Source of the DNA: a virus
Taxonomy: Duplodnaviria; Heunggongvirae; Uroviricota; Caudoviricetes
IMG/VR virus record: IMGVR_UViG_2681813234_000009
Coordinates: 1-7,677 of that record
Strand: one strand, 5' to 3'
DNA: 7,677 bases
Within the stretch, counting starts at the first letter, position 1. Every line of letters begins with the position of its first letter. Of this stretch, positions 1 through 3,899 are shown piece after piece. A program made the translations under genes and the position numbers. The notes below the pieces were generated by a model. The model saw only the letters and a program-made list of their open reading frames with translations. It was not told the origin of the DNA and made no database searches.

Positions 1-426
1 TCAATGTACTGCCACAGCATTTCCTGCCGGGCCACCACGGTTCATCTGATTGAAACCGGCGATTGCCACTGCGACAAAATCATCAGCGTCTCTCACCAGT
101 CGTTCCCGCGTCTCCACCAACTCCCGAAAATAGACTGAACTGTGGCTGCGCATCCGGGCCACCAGCAGAGGTGGCATTGCTTTTTCGATCGCTGGTAACA
201 ACGCCTGAATTTTTTCAACCGCATCAGTGGTGTCTTTCTCCACCCAGCGGAAAATTTTCTGGGTATTACGAGCCAGGGCTTCTGGATGGCTGTCGTCGTA
301 CAGTTCCGGGGACGTCATTCCCAGTTCGAAATAAGCCCTGGTTATCTTGGCCGCCGGAACTTTTTCACCATCCGGACGCGCCCAGGCATTCATAGCCATG
401 CGGATGTGTTCATGCTTGATTTTCAT
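1..426 (-). CDS. CII-like phage regulatory protein (YdaT / CP76-type), 141 aa
   Basis: Complete ORF on the minus strand; stop codon is revcomp of nt 1-3 (tca). Lies directly downstream of the Cro-like gene with an ATGA start/stop overlap, the classic cro-cII arrangement. The N-terminus MKIKHEHI matches my recollection of YdaT-type proteins; family assignment is from memory, not a search. Confidence 0.55.
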   Translation of the reverse strand: MKIKHEHIRMAMNAWARPDGEKVPAAKITRAYFELGMTSPELYDDSHPEALARNTQKIFRWVEKDTTDAVEKIQALLPAIEKAMPPLLVARMRSHSSVYFRELVETRERLVRDADDFVAVAIAGFNQMNRGGPAGNAVAVH

Positions 427-650
427 GAATCATTCTTTCCTTCGTTCAAGGTGTTATCCTTCTTTTTGTAAAGTTCTGGGTTCAAAGATAATTTTCCCTT
501 GGAGTATGCGGCAGCTTCCGCGGCCCTCCCCTTGGGAACTATTTCACCAGGACGTTTGCGCCACATGTATATAGCTTCACGGGTTATCCCATAAAAATCG
601 GCAACTCTCTGAACAGAGCCAAAAAACTGGACAAGTTCATCAACTCGCAT
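423..650 (-). CDS. Cro-like HTH transcriptional regulator (YdaS/DicC-type), 75 aa
   Basis: Small basic protein with an HTH-like segment (VADFYGITREAIYMWRK). Strong SD AGGAGG 5 nt upstream of the ATG on the minus strand (plus-strand 651-660 ttcaccctcc). Divergent from the CI-like repressor across an operator-rich intergenic region. Confidence 0.7.
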   Translation of the reverse strand: MRVDELVQFFGSVQRVADFYGITREAIYMWRKRPGEIVPKGRAAEAAAYSKGKLSLNPELYKKKDNTLNEGKNDS

Positions 651-742
651 TTCACCCTCCTAAAACTAAGTATTTTTAGATTAAAGGATAATTTTTTTTA
701 GGTCAATGCAATCTAAAATAATTTATATTCAATTCACGGGAG
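651..742. promoter_or_regulatory. Divergent promoter/operator region between cro-like and cI-like genes (OR analog)
   Basis: 92 bp AT-rich intergenic region between divergent regulators. Contains a 20 bp imperfect palindrome CTAAAACTAAGTATTTTTAG (660-679, 16/20 symmetric) and a second inverted pair TTTTAG(695-700)...CTAAAA(713-718). Individual -10/-35 elements were not confidently resolved. Confidence 0.55.
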
Positions 743-1393
743 ATGATGATGGAAAGCCTTGGCATTAGGCTTAAGAGACTCAGAAAAGACAAGGGACTGA
801 CCCAAGTCGAACTGGGCAAGCTTTCTGGCGTAACAGGGGTAACTATAGGGTACTGGGAGAAAGACCTAAACGAACCCGGTAGCAAAGCTCTTAGTAAATT
901 AGCCCAAGCACTAGGAACTACTGAGTCCTATCTCCTATATGGAGTATCGTCTACTGAACCTACCCTTGTGCAGAACAATTCAGGCACCCAAATCCCCTAT
1001 CTTTCATGGGGGGAAGCAATTTCTTTCCTAATTTTAGAAGGAGAGAAAACTATGGGAAATGCCGACAGAATCACCACATTCTTTGACGTCAAGGAGGGGG
1101 ATTTTGCCGTTTCAATGCCTGATGACACTATGCACAACCCATCAGGGTCGCCAAGCATTCCGGTTGGTGCCACAGTGATCATGAGGCCTAGAGAAAAATA
1201 TAAAAATGGTAGTATCGTCGCTGTAATAGTCCCAGATCCGCTTACAAACGAACCATCTATGACTATAAAAAAATTAGTCATCGACGGAAAACTCGTGTAT
1301 TTAAGCCCCCTCAATCCTCGCTATCAATCGTCCTTACTGACACCTGAATGTAAAATTGTTGCTGTAGCAAAAGGTGTGCAGTTCAGCCTATAG
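743..1393 (+). CDS. CI-like prophage repressor, N-terminal HTH (XRE-type) plus C-terminal S24 (LexA/CI-like) peptidase domain, 216 aa
   Basis: N-terminus LKRLRKDKGLTQVELGKLSGVTGVTIGYWE is a typical HTH. C-terminal region aligns by eye to the lambda CI/LexA C-terminal domain (AVSMPDD Ser motif, NGSIVAV, TIKKL Lys motif, LSPLNP). Three consecutive ATGs at 743/746/749; GGGAG at 738-742 gives best spacing for the third ATG (749). Confidence 0.85.
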   Translation: MMMESLGIRLKRLRKDKGLTQVELGKLSGVTGVTIGYWEKDLNEPGSKALSKLAQALGTTESYLLYGVSSTEPTLVQNNSGTQIPYLSWGEAISFLILEGEKTMGNADRITTFFDVKEGDFAVSMPDDTMHNPSGSPSIPVGATVIMRPREKYKNGSIVAVIVPDPLTNEPSMTIKKLVIDGKLVYLSPLNPRYQSSLLTPECKIVAVAKGVQFSL

Positions 1394-1416
1394 CTTCCAC
1401 TTTGTTTTTCAATCAG

Positions 1417-1441
1417 AGGTCGGCTTTGTCGACCTTTTTTA
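1417..1441 (+). terminator. Rho-independent terminator after the cI-like gene
   Basis: Stem AGGTCG(1417-1422) / CGACCT(1430-1435) with a 7-nt loop, followed by TTTTTT (1436-1441), 24 nt after the cI-like stop. Confidence 0.6.
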
Positions 1442-1463
1442 AATATATCTAGATCACACTTGA

Positions 1464-1493
1464 CTATAAAACTAAATAGATTTAGTTTTATAG
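1464..1493. promoter_or_regulatory. 30 bp palindromic operator-like site (possible OL analog) downstream of cI-like gene
   Basis: ctataaaactaaat-ag-atttagttttatag: two perfect 14 bp inverted arms around a 2 bp centre. Shares the 9-mer TAAAACTAA with the OR region (661-669). Preceded by TTGACT (1460-1465). Confidence 0.4.
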
Positions 1494-1669
1494 TATACCA
1501 CCCCACCCCGCCCCACAGAACGCAGGGCAATACTTCGAGTTACCAGGCAGTGGTCAGGGGTTAAGTAGCCAGCCCGAGGCGTAAGAACATGACGGCAGGG
1601 TTCAACTTTAATAACTATGCAGCAGGTTTTTGTTCCGCTACCCCGGCGTTAAGGGGACATGAGGTCAAC

Positions 1670-1822
1670 ATGGATACTATCGATCTTGGCAACAACGAAT
1701 CTCTGGTATACGGCGTGTTTCCCAACCAGGACGGCACATTCACCGCGATGACGTATACCAAAAGCAAAACGTTTAAAACCGAATCTGGCGCGCGTCGCTG
1801 GTTAGCCAGAAATACTGACTGA
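1670..1822 (+). CDS. ydfA: YdfA-like small prophage protein (DUF1391-type), 50 aa
   Basis: Internal ATG at 1670 with GAGG 5 nt upstream. Product MDTIDLGNNESLVYGVFPNQDGTFTAMTYTKSKTFKTESGARRWLARNTD matches my recollection of Qin-prophage YdfA. The longer track ORF from 1589 has no obvious RBS. Confidence 0.6.
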   Translation: MDTIDLGNNESLVYGVFPNQDGTFTAMTYTKSKTFKTESGARRWLARNTD

Positions 1823-1833
1823 TGAGGTTGACT

Positions 1834-2208
1834 ATGGAATTTAAAGATTTACCAATGCAATTCCAGGAAATGGCAGCGAATATAGTTCGTTCCCAACTGG
1901 CGACTCTTGACCTGAGTACCGTAGAAAAAGAAACCATAGATAATATATCCGGTAACGTGCGCCGTGCCTTTATCGGGTTGTACGAAGAGAAGCAGCACTC
2001 TGATAAGCATGATTCCTCTGAAAAATACTTCCTGGAATTAATGGATATCATTAACAAGGGGTTTGGTTTGTTGATGGAAAAGAAAGGGATTCGAATAGAA
2101 CCCCTTAAAAACCATTTTACTGAGTGCAACATTAATTCCTGTGATTTAAAGCATCCCACTTCAGATGGGAAAGTTGAAGCCAACTATAAAATATCAATTA
2201 ATCATTAA
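1834..2208 (+). CDS. Hypothetical protein, 124 aa (start chosen at MEFKDL with GAGG RBS)
   Basis: ORF track 1822-2208; ATG at 1834 is preceded by GAGG (1823-1826). Protein is charged and soluble-looking with no family I recognise. The 3' half is distinctly AT-rich. Confidence 0.5.
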   Translation: MEFKDLPMQFQEMAANIVRSQLATLDLSTVEKETIDNISGNVRRAFIGLYEEKQHSDKHDSSEKYFLELMDIINKGFGLLMEKKGIRIEPLKNHFTECNINSCDLKHPTSDGKVEANYKISINH

Positions 2209-2265
2209 GTTCTCCACGGGTAAGGTGGAGAACATGCGCCGGACACGGATAAATCTCCGGCATGC
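2209..2265. terminator. Putative bidirectional terminator between convergent genes
   Basis: Perfect 9 bp stem GTTCTCCAC(2209-2217) / GTGGAGAAC(2225-2233) with a 7-nt loop, directly after the plus-strand stop. A second imperfect hairpin CATGCGCCGG...CCGGCATG (2233-2265) is followed by CTCTTT. Sits between the plus-strand ORF end (2208) and the minus-strand gene end (2287). Confidence 0.4.
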
Positions 2266-2286
2266 TCTTTAACATTCTGGATATTC

Positions 2287-2733
2287 CTAACTACAAAGAA
2301 ATCGCATCAATTTAGATTTTGTGGGCAGCTTCTCTTGTTGTTCGATGGAAACGCCTATTTTGATCTGTGTTTTTAAGATCGCAATATCTTTAAGTGATGA
2401 CCAAATATGAACATCCGTTTTTTCCAGAATTTTTAACTGCATTTTCAATTCAGAATCAGAATATTTTTCTGCATCATCAAAAAGCTGCAAATATTCTGCG
2501 GATTTTCTCATGGCGTTACCTGACTTTTGTCCGAATCCATAAATCGTTTGGACGGTTGCGATCACAACAATAAAAACGCCAGAAATTTCCGGAATGAATC
2601 CGCCAATGACAGATGAACCGAGGATAATACTCACCACTGAGAGAAGTTTATCGAGACGACCAGTTGCTACCGAAAATAGTTGCTCAAGAAAATAGCCATA
2701 TAAAATTCTGTCAAGAATATCATCCCGGTCCAT
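2287..2733 (-). CDS. Small membrane protein with two predicted transmembrane helices, 148 aa; function unknown (candidate exclusion/abortive-infection effector)
   Basis: Minus-strand ORF with AGGTGA 6 nt upstream of the ATG. Two hydrophobic helices (LLSVVSIILGSSVIGGFI and GVFIVVIATVQTIYGF) separated by a short PEIS turn, then a roughly 80-aa charged helical C-terminus. Strongly AT-rich versus flanking phage genes and opposite in orientation to the surrounding operon. Confidence 0.65.
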   Translation of the reverse strand: MDRDDILDRILYGYFLEQLFSVATGRLDKLLSVVSIILGSSVIGGFIPEISGVFIVVIATVQTIYGFGQKSGNAMRKSAEYLQLFDDAEKYSDSELKMQLKILEKTDVHIWSSLKDIAILKTQIKIGVSIEQQEKLPTKSKLMRFLCS

Positions 2734-3194
2734 ACATCATCACCTGCTTGTTTGGTTGTTGCTGTTCCCCCTCTCCTCCGAAGGAGCTGGAGATGGTTTT
2801 GGTCGAATGTTTTTCTCTGGTATGTGATCCCAGACTGTTTTATGTGTCGAATTGCCACCACCTGCTTGTGCTCTTTGCTCTGTCATATGATTTCCTTGGA
2901 TCGTTGGGGATATCCAGATTATACAGATTTCTTGTCGTTGGGGAATGACAGGAACCACCTCGCCTGACGTGGTTAAAAGCAGGCACACAACACGAAAGCG
3001 CACGGCGAAGTCATTTCTCCCTCTGTTGCGTGTCGCCGGTATCTTCGACCGTGCGCTTCCGGTTGTGGCACTCCGCGAAATGGCGCGGCGGTAAGTATGG
3101 CGGGGTTATCCTTACCCCCACTGGTAGCACCGGGTTGTCAGGTTGACCATACGCCTGAGTGACAACCCCGCCACAACATCTCCATGTTGAGGCT

Positions 3195-3249
3195 TGTGTG
3201 AGACCTTTGGCGGCATCAGTTTAATTGCTGGCTGATGTCCGCCCTTTTT
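3195..3249 (+). ncRNA. dicF: DicF-like small RNA (3' end defined by intrinsic terminator); 5' end approximate
   Basis: Terminator stem GGCGGCATCAG(3209-3219) / CTGATG(T)CCGCC(3232-3243), 11 bp with one bulge, then CTTTTT (3244-3249). Positioned immediately upstream of dicB as in Qin. Sequence and architecture resemble my recollection of E. coli DicF, but the 5' part differs. Confidence 0.5.
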
Positions 3250-3253
3250 AAAG

Positions 3254-3413
3254 TGAATTTTGTGATGCGGTGAATGCGGCTAAGCGCACGCGGAACAGTT
3301 AAAAAGCGATTAGTTCCCCCGTATCGGGGGTTTATGGGTTTCCCTGTATCCGGCGTTAATTGTTAACTGGTTAACGTCACCTGGAGGCACCAGGCACCGC
3401 ATCACAAAATTCA
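3254..3413. repeat. 19 bp perfect inverted repeat pair flanking about 120 nt of the dicB leader
   Basis: tgaattttgtgatgcggtg (3254-3272) is the exact reverse complement of caccgcatcacaaaattca (3395-3413). Enclosed region holds the hairpin CCCCCgtatcGGGGG and GTTAAC-tg-GTTAAC. The right arm ends 17 nt before the dicB ATG. Confidence 0.7.
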
Positions 3414-3430
3414 TTGTTGAGGATGCGATA

Positions 3431-3613
3431 ATGGAAACGTTATTACCAAACGTCAATACGTCTGAAGGTTGTTTTGAAATTGGTGTCAGAATCAGTAACC
3501 CTGTATTTACTGAAGATGCCATTAACAAGAGAAAACACGAACGGGAGCTATTAAATCAAATATGCATTGTTTCAATGCTGGCCCGTTTACGCCTGATGCA
3601 AAAAGGACGCTGA
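3431..3613 (+). CDS. dicB: Cell division inhibitor DicB, 60 aa
   Basis: METLLPNVNTSEGCFEIGVRISNPVFTEDAINKRKHERELLNQICIVSMLARLRLMQKGR closely matches my recollection of E. coli Qin DicB. GAGGA RBS upstream. Preceded by the DicF-like element, the same order as in Qin. Confidence 0.9.
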   Translation: METLLPNVNTSEGCFEIGVRISNPVFTEDAINKRKHERELLNQICIVSMLARLRLMQKGR

Positions 3614-3615
3614 CA

Positions 3616-3819
3616 ATGAATACAGTATTTGCACTCGTTCTGACAGTTTTTCTTAATACAGGCGAGCCAGTCGATCTTGTTATTGGTATACATGACTCAA
3701 TGAAAGAATGCATGGCTGCCGCAGCGGAACAGAAAATTCCCGGCAACTGTTATCCGGTTGATAAAGTTATTCACATGGACAATAACGAAATCCCGGCAGG
3801 ACTTAAAACAGCACCGTAA
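3616..3819 (+). CDS. ydfD: YdfD-like small membrane/lysis protein, 67 aa
   Basis: ATG at 3616, 2 nt after the dicB stop. MNTVFALVLTVFLNTGEPVDLVIGIHDSMKECMAAAAEQKIPGNCYPVDKVIH... has a hydrophobic N-terminal helix and matches my recollection of Qin YdfD. The longer track ORF from 3562 overlaps dicB and is unlikely. Confidence 0.8.
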   Translation: MNTVFALVLTVFLNTGEPVDLVIGIHDSMKECMAAAAEQKIPGNCYPVDKVIHMDNNEIPAGLKTAP

Positions 3820-3899
3820 TTAATATCCGGTTTCATTTTTATATGCCAGCAATGGCAGGGATTTGTTCACCCTTAAATCTGTAATGAGGTTAAAACAAA

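Noticed and set aside
63-574. Plus-strand ORFs 63-395, 286-471 and 347-574 (61-110 aa)
   Set aside because: They are antisense to the CII-like and Cro-like genes, have Pro/Ser/Arg-rich low-complexity translations, and lack an RBS; the minus-strand genes have a coherent operon structure and strong SD.
703-885. Minus-strand 60-aa ORF overlapping the cI start and operator region
   Set aside because: Antisense to the CI-like N-terminus and spanning the intergenic operators; no RBS and an implausible Ser/Pro-rich translation.
997-1530. Minus-strand ORFs 997-1314 and 1324-1530
   Set aside because: The first is antisense inside the CI-like gene; the second runs across the cI terminator and palindrome. 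Neither has an RBS or recognisable protein features.
1589-1669. N-terminal extension of the ydfA-like ORF (start at 1589)
   Set aside because: The extension (MTAGFNFNNYAAGFCSATPALRGHEVN) has no RBS, whereas the internal ATG at 1670 has GAGG at ideal spacing and gives the roughly 50-aa size I recall for YdfA.
1773-2183. Minus-strand 136-aa ORF antisense to the 124-aa plus-strand ORF
   Set aside because: Ser/Trp/Cys-rich translation without protein-like character; the plus-strand frame has an RBS and operon context.
2740-2869. 11-12 bp direct repeat CACCTGCTTGT at 2741-2751 and 2859-2869
   Set aside because: Several exact 11-mer coincidences are expected by chance in 7.7 kb; no target-site-duplication context or associated transposase, so not called as a mobile-element footprint.
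2664-3003. Overlapping ORFs 2664-2948(+), 2667-2861(-), 2740-3003(-), 2752-2967(+)
   Set aside because: Mutually overlapping frames in a structured intergenic region; translations are low-complexity and some use non-ATG starts. Only the 51-codon sub-ORF from ATG 2793 with a strong SD was kept, as a low-confidence finding.
2950-3250. tRNA, CRISPR array or retron msr/msd in the structured non-coding region
   Set aside because: No cloverleaf with a T-loop GTTCRANYC-type motif, no regularly spaced direct repeats, and no adjacent reverse transcriptase gene; the DicF-precursor interpretation fits better.
3310-3746. Minus-strand ORFs 3310-3528 and 3522-3746
   Set aside because: Antisense to dicB and ydfD, which are confidently recognised; no RBS.
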